Shown piece by piece: positions 9,807 to 18,730 of a stretch of 64,000 nucleotides of DNA (within the stretch, counting starts at the first letter, position 1; the number at the start of each line of letters is the position of its first letter). Position numbers and translations under genes: made by a program. The stretch is from NCBI GenBank assembly GCA_029838195.1, contig JALGVJ010000031.1, positions 1 through 64,000 on the forward strand, given 5' to 3'. Source of the DNA: Promethearchaeota archaeon. GTDB lineage: Archaea; Asgardarchaeota; Lokiarchaeia; Sigyniarchaeales; SOKP01. The notes beneath the pieces were generated by a model. That model saw only the letters and a list, made by a program, of their open reading frames with translations. It made no database searches and was not told the DNA's origin.

Positions 9807-9891
9807 AGCCAGCGGAGGGATTTGCACCCTCGAATAACGGCTATCAGCAGAATTCTGCAGGCCGCCTCCTTAACTACTCGGATACGCTGGC
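9807..9891 (-). tRNA. tRNA-Cys(GCA) with a 12-nt intron at position 37/38 (intron 9843-9854)
   Basis: The reverse complement folds as acceptor GCCAGCG/CGCTGGC + U73, D-arm TCCG-AGTAGTTA-AGGA, anticodon stem GCGGC/GCCGT with CT-GCA-G[AATTCTGCTGAT]A, and T-arm GAGGG-TGCAAAT-CCCTC. Mature length is 73 nt without CCA. Confidence 0.93.
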
Positions 9892-10106
9892 ATGCGAGTT
9901 TACTACACGCTTTTGTTATTTCTCGAATTTTCTTGCATTATTCTAAAATAAATAAGAAGAAATTGCATATATATTTTTTATATATATCTTATAAAATTTT
10001 TCTCATATATTTCTTATTGCTATTTAAAAGGATTTTTAATAAAATATGGTCATTTTACATCAAAAAAATATCGCAATTATTTTTAACCTTAATTATCTAC
10101 TCTTAG

Positions 10107-10619
10107 CTAAATGAAAATCTTATCAGGAATTTCTCGTTCATAAAACACCATTAGTTGAGCTTTATCAATAGAATAGGTTTCTATTTTTTTTCTAAAATTT
10201 AAAGCATTGAGATTTTCCAATCGATCAATCTTTAGGGCATGAAGGGTAAAGACATATCGATGAAGTTTGGCAGAACAAGGTCCCACGTAATATAATGTTC
10301 CGAAATCATTTTTTACTTCTTCTCCTTTGGGAACTTCTCCGCGAGGAATTTCTTTTATTTCTTTGGGAATGTTACACACGTGCCAATGTCCCCAAATTCC
10401 ATTTTCATTATCGACATCAACGAAAGAGAGAGCAAAACTATGTGTCGAGATAGGTTCATCTTTCCACTTTAAATGGGGATGGAGATCGGCGCCATCACAG
10501 GTAAATAGAGAGGGTATTTTTTTATTATTTTCTACATCATTGCTCATTAATATCAACTTGCATCCCTCAATAATGGGAATGAGGAATTGAATGGAAGAGT
10601 TATTAAAATATTTAATCAT
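10107..10619 (-). CDS. YbhB/YbcL (PEBP/RKIP-like) family protein; true start probably at the downstream Met (MSND)
   Basis: 'IPSLFTCDGADLHPHLKW', 'HWHVCNIP', 'NDFG...Y.GPC...HRYVFTLHAL'. Confidence 0.88.
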   Translation of the reverse strand: MIKYFNNSSIQFLIPIIEGCKLILMSNDVENNKKIPSLFTCDGADLHPHLKWKDEPISTHSFALSFVDVDNENGIWGHWHVCNIPKEIKEIPRGEVPKGEEVKNDFGTLYYVGPCSAKLHRYVFTLHALKIDRLENLNALNFRKKIETYSIDKAQLMVFYEREIPDKIFI

Positions 10620-10896
10620 GAATAACGTAAAATTTTTATCATGGGCGATATAAATTTATATTTTCTTTCTTTAAAATATTACACCACGTGTAAAGATATC
10701 CGATATAGGGGGCTGTTCTCTGAAAATACGGTTGTCAATATAAAGCCAAAATCATGAATTTTTAAGGAAAAAATTTAATTAATTAATCATCATAAACTAT
10801 ATCGTTTAATATTGGTTATTTTGTTTGAATATTTTATTCAAAATATTGCTGACATTTCTTTTCAAATGAAAAGTATATAAAGCCAATAAAGAAAAA

Positions 10897-13710
10897 ATGG
10901 ATGATAATAAAGGATTTTTTGAAACAATTTTAAATAGTTTAGATGAATTAATATGCGTTATAGGAATTCATGATAATTTTAAGATCAGATATATTAATTC
11001 TAAATTCCTTAATAGAATTTTAAGATTTAGTTCTAAAAAATTACTAAATAAATCCCTCTTGGATCTTGTTCATCCTGAGGAGAAAAAAGCTTTAGAATAC
11101 GTGGTAAGCTCTATAAAAAGTGATGAAATAAAAACTATTAATTGTCGCATAAAAACTGAAAAAGGGAAATATATATGGTTTGAACTCATAATAAAGCAAC
11201 TGGATCAAAAGAACTCAACCCTTCTCATCACCTTAAGAGAGATTGGATCAGAAATTACATTGAAAAAAAGGATAGAGGATTATGAGGGCAACCTACAACA
11301 ATTAGCGGAACTAATTCCTGAAATCCGATTTTGGAGGTTATTCACTCCAAAAAAATTTGAAGAGGCGTTAAAAACCTCTCATGAGATGCTGAAGACCATT
11401 ATTGAAAGCATTCCGCAATATATCGCATGGAAAGATTTAAATCTTGAATACATGGGATGTAATGAGAAATTTGCTAAACTTATTGGTATTGGGCAATCTT
11501 TAAATATCTTGGGTAAAAAAAATGGTGAATTAGAGTGGTTTAAAAAACGTAGACTCCATCATCTTGAAGTACGGGAAAAAGAAGTTTTAAAAAATAACAT
11601 GCCCGAATTAAATGTATCAGAATCATGGATATTGGATGATGGTTCTGAGATATGGGTAAATATTAATAGAATTCCCCTCCATGACTCAAGAGGAAAGGTA
11701 ATGGGTATTTTAATAACATGTGAAGACATAACAGCACGAAAGCTCGCCGATAAAAAATTAAAGGATTCAGAAAAAAAATACCGTCATTTGTTTGAAAATT
11801 CTCCGAACATGGTTATATTAATTGATATTGAAGGAACATTTCTTGATGTAAATGAAGCATTTCTTAAATTTTCAGGATTTAAGAAAGATGATTTAATTGG
11901 AAAAAATTTTACGGAAATCAATTTAACCCCCGAAAATTTTGTTATATTTAAAGAATATTTAGAAAAAATTAATGAACAAGGAAAAATTGGCCCTGTAGAA
12001 ATACTTTTAAGAGATTTTAAAAAAGATTATAGATGGTTCACTCTTCGGGGATATTTTACAGAGATTGAAGATACTAAAGTCATTCACGTGATTTTAGAAG
12101 ATATTCATGAGAGAAAACTCATTCAAAATAAAATTAAAGAATCTGAAGAGAGATATAGAGATTTATTAGAAACCTCTTCCGTAGGTATAATTGAATTAGA
12201 TCTTAGAAAGCAAGAGATACTTTATATTAATCCGAAACTTCTACAAATTCTCGGATATGAGAAAGAAATAATTACAAGTGAAACATTAATATCTAAAATA
12301 TTCCAACCAAAAGATTATGAACGGATTTTAGAAGCGTCTGATGAAGAAGAACTAGAATTTCAAATACAAGATAAATATGGAAAGCTAAAATGGTTATCAG
12401 GAAAAAAAGTCATGCATTATGATAAAGAGGGAAATATGATTAGTTTTCGATTATGGTTAGAAGATGTCACGGATAAAAAGATATATGAAAAATTACTCTA
12501 CGAGTTAAATATTAACTTCTTGAACTTTTCTTTAGATATTAAAAATAATATCTTTTTATTGCTAGACAATTGTAAAAGTTTATTAAATTCCGATCTTGCC
12601 ATTTATGTTTTCATTGAGGAGGAAAAGGGAGAAGAAATATTTAATATTCTTACCAGTGAAAAAGAATATTTAAAGGTGGCCTCAGAAGAATTTTATGATA
12701 AATTTTTTGCCAGCAAGCTTTTTCTCGAATATCATGATTTTCCACAATTATATTTTAATATTCATGAATCAGAGTATAAAGATTTTGATCCCCTTATTAA
12801 AAACCATCATCTCGTGGGGTGCTATGGAAGGCTCCTTAAAATAAAGGAAGAAATTAATGGATGCACGTGCGCATTTTTTAGGAAAAATCCTGTTATTTCT
12901 TATCATGATCAATATTCACTCTTTCTAATAAGTGTAGCTCTTGATATAGAGAGAAGAAGATGGAATGCTCAAAAAGAATTAGAAAAACAAAATATTGCCT
13001 TGAGTGAAATTAATAAATTAAAAACAGAACTATTATCCCGTACTTCACATGAATTGAAAACACCTTTAATTTCTATCAAGGGATTCACGGAACTTCTCCT
13101 TACTCTTTATAGAAACAAGTTCGACGATGAGATTCTTTCAATTTTAAAAGAAATAAGAAATGGAAGCGAAAAGTTAGAAAAAATCATTAATTCATTGTTA
13201 GAAAGCTCTCGCTTAGAACAAGGGCGGCTCATTTTAAAACCTGAACCTGAGGATCTCTCCTTTTTAATACATTATTGCGTTAAAGAATTAATAGGCGTGA
13301 CATCTCTTAGAAATCAAGAACTCATCGTTAAAGTACAAGATAATCTTATCACGAGATTTGATAAAGAAAGAATCTATGAAGTACTCTCCAATCTCTTAAT
13401 TAATGCCATAAAATATACTCCTCCAAATGGAAAAATAATTGTATCTTCCGAAGAAAAGGATGGGTTTTATATCATTTCAATCCAAGATAATGGAATTGGA
13501 TTTACAGAAGAAGAGAAACGCCGTGTTTTCAAACAATTTGGAAAAATAGAAAGATATGGAAAAGGTTGGAATCTGAATATTGAAGGAACGGGTCTAGGAT
13601 TATATATTTCAAAAAAAATCATTGAATTACATGGTGGTAAAATTTGGCTGGAATCCGAAGGAAGAAATAAAGGAAGTACGTTTTATTTTTCCCTTCCTAT
13701 TAAAAAATGA
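10897..13710 (+). CDS. Cytoplasmic multi-PAS (plus GAF-like) sensor histidine kinase
   Basis: About 4 PAS/PAC units, H-box SHELKTPL, N-box NLLINAIKY, and DNGIG and GTGLGL boxes. No TM segment or receiver domain. Confidence 0.93.
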   Translation: MDDNKGFFETILNSLDELICVIGIHDNFKIRYINSKFLNRILRFSSKKLLNKSLLDLVHPEEKKALEYVVSSIKSDEIKTINCRIKTEKGKYIWFELIIKQLDQKNSTLLITLREIGSEITLKKRIEDYEGNLQQLAELIPEIRFWRLFTPKKFEEALKTSHEMLKTIIESIPQYIAWKDLNLEYMGCNEKFAKLIGIGQSLNILGKKNGELEWFKKRRLHHLEVREKEVLKNNMPELNVSESWILDDGSEIWVNINRIPLHDSRGKVMGILITCEDITARKLADKKLKDSEKKYRHLFENSPNMVILIDIEGTFLDVNEAFLKFSGFKKDDLIGKNFTEINLTPENFVIFKEYLEKINEQGKIGPVEILLRDFKKDYRWFTLRGYFTEIEDTKVIHVILEDIHERKLIQNKIKESEERYRDLLETSSVGIIELDLRKQEILYINPKLLQILGYEKEIITSETLISKIFQPKDYERILEASDEEELEFQIQDKYGKLKWLSGKKVMHYDKEGNMISFRLWLEDVTDKKIYEKLLYELNINFLNFSLDIKNNIFLLLDNCKSLLNSDLAIYVFIEEEKGEEIFNILTSEKEYLKVASEEFYDKFFASKLFLEYHDFPQLYFNIHESEYKDFDPLIKNHHLVGCYGRLLKIKEEINGCTCAFFRKNPVISYHDQYSLFLISVALDIERRRWNAQKELEKQNIALSEINKLKTELLSRTSHELKTPLISIKGFTELLLTLYRNKFDDEILSILKEIRNGSEKLEKIINSLLESSRLEQGRLILKPEPEDLSFLIHYCVKELIGVTSLRNQELIVKVQDNLITRFDKERIYEVLSNLLINAIKYTPPNGKIIVSSEEKDGFYIISIQDNGIGFTEEEKRRVFKQFGKIERYGKGWNLNIEGTGLGLYISKKIIELHGGKIWLESEGRNKGSTFYFSLPIKK

Positions 13711-13724
13711 AGGTTATTTCAAAT

Positions 13725-14429
13725 TTAAAGCTCCGTACCGATGCCATAAAATAATAATAGTTCACATGGAATGAGGAATAAGGAGATTATTATCCATGTT
13801 ATTTGAAATAACTCGTTCTCAAATGTATTAAACACGAGGACACCATAAAAAGAAATCCCATAACTTATCATCCCAATTAAGAAATATTTGAATTTTTTTT
13901 TTAATTGAGCATCTTCGAAAATTCTATACAATTTAATTGAATATACTATTCCGGGAATCAGTAGAACGCACGTGAAATATAGAAAAAGAAGATTAAAAAA
14001 AAGGAAACTATATTTAGGACGCCAGTTAGTCGTTTCATCATATTTTATACCATTTGAAAAATAAAAAATAAGAAAACTTACGACTAAATGAGATATTATT
14101 ATTAATACATCCCTCCACGTGAAATTCATATTTTTAAAATTGAAAAGCTTGATTAAAAATAGAACAACAAATATTTGGGCGGCTAAATTAATGTATAGTG
14201 AAATGAAATAAAAATCATGAGAGAAGGGATTGACACGAATCGGATATAAAATTGCTAATAGAATAAAGCTCACAGATTGTAATAAAAAAAATAAGCTAAG
14301 TAATAAAGATAACATGCTCCTATTTCTTCTCAAGATGCGATACGTAACATAAAGAAAAATTATCCCTATTCCCAGCTGTGTAACATACACTCCAATAAAA
14401 CGGATAAATTGTGGATCCTCAGTTAACAT
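13725..14429 (-). CDS. Seven-transmembrane protein resembling a stand-alone 7TM sensor domain
   Basis: Seven hydrophobic segments, a W-x-P extracellular loop and a basic 'LKKKFKYF' loop before TM6. Confidence 0.7.
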   Translation of the reverse strand: MLTEDPQFIRFIGVYVTQLGIGIIFLYVTYRILRRNRSMLSLLLSLFFLLQSVSFILLAILYPIRVNPFSHDFYFISLYINLAAQIFVVLFLIKLFNFKNMNFTWRDVLIIISHLVVSFLIFYFSNGIKYDETTNWRPKYSFLFFNLLFLYFTCVLLIPGIVYSIKLYRIFEDAQLKKKFKYFLIGMISYGISFYGVLVFNTFENELFQITWIIISLFLIPCELLLFYGIGTEL

Positions 14430-14863
14430 GATTAAAGGATAATATTCTTTCGAATTTTCTTAAAAAACATGTTTTTGTCGTGCTTGTCCTATATTATGAA
14501 TCATGCTCAAGATGCATGAGGATCAGATCGTGAAGAACTTTTTAAAATTTTGTGAAAGGATAAGGATTTTTAATACTCTCATGCCAAGTTTTACTTCATT
14601 ATATTATTCTCCATGTTTTCAGAAAATCCTCTTGAACTAATATAGAAGATTAGAAAATATAATTCTTTTCATTCAAGCGTATTATTGCTCGAATTACATC
14701 GATAAACGTTTAATTTGGATTGTTGGAAAAGTAAATTATTGGACTCCATATGATATTTAACTTTTTAAAAGTTAATACCATTCATGGGTCAATGCAAAAT
14801 TATTTCACCGAAAGATATTAATAATCTTAGGATAAATCAACCCTAATCGTTTTAAAAATTAAG

Positions 14864-15097
14864 GTGAAAATCATAACAAACAAGGATGATATGAAAAATT
14901 TTGAAAAATTAGATGTTATTCAAAAATATTTCGCAAGAGAATTTTCCGTACTTTCCAAAAAAATCAGAAAAAAATTCCTCCAATTAAATTTACCGCTTAA
15001 AATGAAAAAAAAGGTGCTTGAAGAATTAGCTTTCCTTCCTGAACATAAACAAGAAGATTACTTGAATGAACTCGAGAAAAATAAAAAATTTACATGA
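14864..15097 (+). CDS. Small hypothetical helical protein
   Basis: Open ORF with host-like amino acid usage ('K.KVLEELAFLPE.KQE.YL.EL'), convergent with tfb. Confidence 0.6.
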   Translation: MKIITNKDDMKNFEKLDVIQKYFAREFSVLSKKIRKKFLQLNLPLKMKKKVLEELAFLPEHKQEDYLNELEKNKKFT

Positions 15098-15225
15098 ATT
15101 CTTGTTCTAAAAATATTAAAAAAAGAACTTACTCAATTGTTTGACGATATAAGATAGGCCGTTTGAATTCAGGAAATATCCTTTTACTCTTTCATATAAT
15201 TAATCTATTTCCCTTGAAATCCCCT

Positions 15226-16158
15226 TTAATTAACTAATTTCTTCTTGATATCTTTCACGCGAGAACGCAACGTGACTTCTGTTATCTTTGCAACTTCTGA
15301 GACTTCTGCTTGCGTTTTAGAATCACCTGATTTCTTTGCTGCGATATAAAGCACGCTGGCTGCGAACCCTTTAGGATCCTTACCGGTACGTACCAATCCA
15401 TTCTTGGTGGCATGTTCTAATAGGGTTAATGCTTTCTTTTGAGTCGTCATGGGTAAATCTAATTCATTTCCGAAGCGAAAGATCAACTGTTCGGCCGTTA
15501 TAGGGTGATATCTCAGACCTAATTCGGGCAATACTTCTTTTACAATAAGGCCTAACGAGCGAATGATCGTGTGTCGAGGCGTTAGAGAAGCTTCATGTAC
15601 CTCTTCAAGCAATCTTGGAAATTCGTGGATTCGAATCGCTGCGTATAAAGCGGCACAAATAAATCCGTCGATTGACCTGCCCATCGTGAGCTTCTTTTTA
15701 GCTGAAGTGGTGTATATCTTCCAAGCTGTCTCCCTGATATACTCTGGAATATTCATTTTCGAGCATAAAAGGTTTAATTTTGGTTTTGCTTCCCAGAAAT
15801 TGCGCTCGATACTGTTTACCAGAGATTTTTGAATCTTTGATAATCTGGAGAACAGTGTCTTGCCTTTTGCATCCATGAGCTGCCCTTTTGAGTCTGTTTT
15901 CACGTTGCTTATCGTTGTTCTTGGGCCAAACTCTCGCCAGCGCGTTTCCGTTATTTTTCTATTTTCTACTTCTTGGGTCGTGAAGGCACGTCGTTCATTA
16001 CCGACGATATTTCTACCGTGGACCATCCCGCAGTTTAGACAGAGAATATCCCCATCTCTGTTTTCGATGCACGGATCGTCGCAACATTTATCGTCGATGC
16101 AATCCTCTACAAAATTGTTTGTCCGAGCGTGTATTCTCGTTTTAAGGTTCCGGTTCAT
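15226..16158 (-). CDS. tfb: Transcription initiation factor IIB (TFB paralog)
   Basis: Zn ribbon (CCDD...CLNCG), B-reader 'ERRAF', and two cyclin repeats ('GRSIDGFICAALYAAIR', 'GKDPKGFAASVLYIA', 'ITEVTLRSR'). Confidence 0.95.
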   Translation of the reverse strand: MNRNLKTRIHARTNNFVEDCIDDKCCDDPCIENRDGDILCLNCGMVHGRNIVGNERRAFTTQEVENRKITETRWREFGPRTTISNVKTDSKGQLMDAKGKTLFSRLSKIQKSLVNSIERNFWEAKPKLNLLCSKMNIPEYIRETAWKIYTTSAKKKLTMGRSIDGFICAALYAAIRIHEFPRLLEEVHEASLTPRHTIIRSLGLIVKEVLPELGLRYHPITAEQLIFRFGNELDLPMTTQKKALTLLEHATKNGLVRTGKDPKGFAASVLYIAAKKSGDSKTQAEVSEVAKITEVTLRSRVKDIKKKLVN

Positions 16159-16343
16159 GATATTTTACACCTATTTTTTATTAAAATTGATTAAATTTGT
16201 GAGTGTTACATGAAAATTAATGCGAGATTAATTTTCAGATGAGTAAATATTATCGGTATTGATAATATCGAGAATTGATCAAGAACTTGTAACATAACTT
16301 TTCTTAATTAAAAAGATATTAAACCAGCTATTTAACTTTTTGG

Positions 16344-16378
16344 TTTATAAAATAAAGATTTCCCACTTTTGTGGGAAA
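16344..16378 (-). promoter_or_regulatory. Candidate tfb TATA box with an adjacent palindromic operator
   Basis: TTTCCCAC-TTTT-GTGGGAAA (16359-16378) lies immediately upstream, on the minus strand, of TTTATAAA (16344-16351). Confidence 0.45.
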
Positions 16379-16587
16379 AAATAAGTGATATTTGGGAGGT
16401 TAATTTTGCGTTTCATGAGGGTCTATACATTCATGTAAACTTATTTGAAAACAAGGACACATTGGATATTTAGGAAATTCTAAAGTATAAGAGGCAGTTG
16501 CACTAAAAAATTGAATTATTTTCCATAATTGGAGAAAGAATATCAAAATAAAAGGAGAAAAGTCCATTAAAAGAGTCCAAGGGCATT

Positions 16588-18102
16588 TTATGGCGTTTTT
16601 GATTTTATTTTATACTTGGGAATCGATTTATATTTTTTAAGTTGCGCTTTCAATTGCTCTTGTTCTTTTTTAATTTGTTGGCTCTCAATTTTAAGCTTAT
16701 TTCTTTCCTTTTTTATTAAAACCTTTTCATTTTCTATCATATTCCTTTCTGCCTCCAGTTTTTTAACTTGTTCTTTTAGCCTTGATTCAAGGTTCCTTTT
16801 TCGGCGTTCTAATTCTTTTAGCTCATCATTTAATTTTCTTGCGGTATTTTCTAATTTATTACAGGCATTTTCTAATACTTTTTTTCTATTTTCTAACCCT
16901 TCAATAGTAGATTGAATGCGTTTTAATCGATTATCTTCTTTTTCGTGTAAGCTTTTAAGGGAAATTCTTTCTTTTTTGATTTGTTTTCGAACATCATCTA
17001 ATTTCTTTCGTTTTTTATTCAAATTTTTAAATTTATCACTAAGATCCTCTTCCTTTTTTTGTAGAGATTTTTCAAACTTATCTAATTTTTTTTTTTGATC
17101 ATTTATCGCTTTCTTTTCTTTATTAATGGCATCGTGTAAATTTGAAATCTCCTTTTTCAAGGCATCTCGATTTTTTTTGAGCGATTCCACCTCTTTTTTT
17201 AAATTATCCAGATGGTTTTTTAACGCATTTAATTTTTTATTAGATAAATCTATTTCTCGTTCCAAATTATCCTTTTTCTTCTCTAAATCTCGAATTTTGG
17301 AATTGATCTGATGTAATTTATTTTCTTCTTGTTTTTTACGTTGGTCAAGATTTTTTTGTTCCTGTTTTAGTTTTTCTTTAAAATTTTCCAATTGTTTTTT
17401 TTGATTTTCTAAGTTTTTGAACCCGTCTTCTAAATCTTTCTTTTTATCACGTAGATTTTCTTTAGTAATTCTTATTTTCTTTATTTGTTGCTCCCTATTT
17501 TTGTTTTCTTCCGCTATCTTGTTTTGTAAATCATTTAATTGCCTTTTCAAGCTTTTAATTTCGGAAATTAAATCCGATTTCTGGCGCGTTAAATCTCTCA
17601 CATCATTTTCTAATCCCATTTTAGTTTTTTCTAATTTTTCTCCAGCAGTTTCCAATTTAGGGATTTTTGAGGAAATTTGTTTGATTTCAGAAGTAAAATT
17701 CTTTCTCTTTTTTTCTCTAAGAGCAATCTCCTTGTTAAGAGCATCTAATTCTTTCTGTTTAATTTGAATTTGGTGGTCCACGTGTGAAATTCCTTGAGAT
17801 AACCTCCTCTTTTCTCCCTCAATTTTTTTTTGAATATCTTCTAATTCTTGAAGCAAGGATTGCTTTTTATACGTAAGACTTCTTACCTCTAATTCACTCT
17901 GTTTTCGGAATTTTTCTAATTCGTCCAAATTTACTTGATAGTGTTGAATTTTCTCCAGAGTTGACTCCCATTCTTTACGTTCAGCTTCTAAACGCATTCG
18001 TTCTTTTTTTATTTTCTTTAATAATGCTTGATTTTCCACCGTTGTTTTAGGGATCGAGTCTTGCTCATCAATCACGTGCTTGGGAGGAATTTTATCGCTC
18101 AT
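16588..18102 (-). CDS. Long coiled-coil protein (504 aa, K/E/L/Q-rich)
   Basis: Continuous heptad pattern over about 470 aa with almost no Pro/Gly and no globular or ATPase motif. Confidence 0.85.
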   Translation of the reverse strand: MSDKIPPKHVIDEQDSIPKTTVENQALLKKIKKERMRLEAERKEWESTLEKIQHYQVNLDELEKFRKQSELEVRSLTYKKQSLLQELEDIQKKIEGEKRRLSQGISHVDHQIQIKQKELDALNKEIALREKKRKNFTSEIKQISSKIPKLETAGEKLEKTKMGLENDVRDLTRQKSDLISEIKSLKRQLNDLQNKIAEENKNREQQIKKIRITKENLRDKKKDLEDGFKNLENQKKQLENFKEKLKQEQKNLDQRKKQEENKLHQINSKIRDLEKKKDNLEREIDLSNKKLNALKNHLDNLKKEVESLKKNRDALKKEISNLHDAINKEKKAINDQKKKLDKFEKSLQKKEEDLSDKFKNLNKKRKKLDDVRKQIKKERISLKSLHEKEDNRLKRIQSTIEGLENRKKVLENACNKLENTARKLNDELKELERRKRNLESRLKEQVKKLEAERNMIENEKVLIKKERNKLKIESQQIKKEQEQLKAQLKKYKSIPKYKIKSKTP

Positions 18103-18257
18103 GGGACTTTCTCGAAAAATTTTTTTGATACACGGGGTAATTATTTAAATATCTTGTTCAAAATAATCTATTTTATTTACATGGTAAAATAAGAATTTAA
18201 ATATGAAGATTTCCATGAGATCCTTACTAATTTAATTTTAATTAATAAACGAGGGAC

Positions 18258-18614
18258 ATGAAAATGAATTTTGATGAGGAAGAAGAATTTGATGAAGATT
18301 TAGAGGAGAAGACGCCCGAACCAGCCATGCGTTCTAAAACGCCTGCGGTCTCAGCTGGTGGTGAGAAATTAAGTTTATTTTTCTTATCCACGGTAGGGCC
18401 CGGCGAAAAACGGCAAAAGTTATCCGTGGATAATGGAAATTTAGTCGGAGATATAAAACAAACGGTTGGAAATATTTTTGGATTAGATCCATCCGATTTT
18501 CACTTATCAGCTGGAGGCGTGACCATGGATGATTCTCAACCATTATCAAATTATAATGTTCGCGATGGAGATGAAATTTTATTAATTCCTGCTTCTACAG
18601 CGGGTAGGAGCTAA
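18258..18614 (+). CDS. Ubiquitin-fold modifier, UFM1-like, with an acidic N-terminal tail and C-terminal ...TAG-RS
   Basis: Beta-grasp pattern. The segment 'MDDSQPLSNYNVRDGDEILLIP' is ubiquitin-like and the C-terminus matches the UFM1 register. It is the first gene of the E1/E2/JAMM/RING cluster. Confidence 0.9.
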   Translation: MKMNFDEEEEFDEDLEEKTPEPAMRSKTPAVSAGGEKLSLFFLSTVGPGEKRQKLSVDNGNLVGDIKQTVGNIFGLDPSDFHLSAGGVTMDDSQPLSNYNVRDGDEILLIPASTAGRS

Positions 18615-18730
18615 TTAAAATCTTAATTTTTGAGCCAATTTTTTTTTAAATTTAATTACTTAGGGTCATATTTAGTAAATTTTAGAGAATATAATGAAAT
18701 AATAGCAATCGATCTTGAGGGGAAATTCTA

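Noticed and set aside
9822-10106. 94-aa plus-strand ORF
   Set aside because: It is antisense to tRNA-Cys and its AT-rich promoter, so it is spurious.
16616-17767. Several Phe/Leu/Ser-rich plus-strand ORFs that look like membrane proteins
   Set aside because: They are antisense shadows of the Lys/Glu-rich coiled-coil gene.
16588-18102. SMC/Rad50 or ESCRT assignment for the coiled-coil protein
   Set aside because: There are no Walker motifs, hinge, zinc hook or Snf7-like signature.
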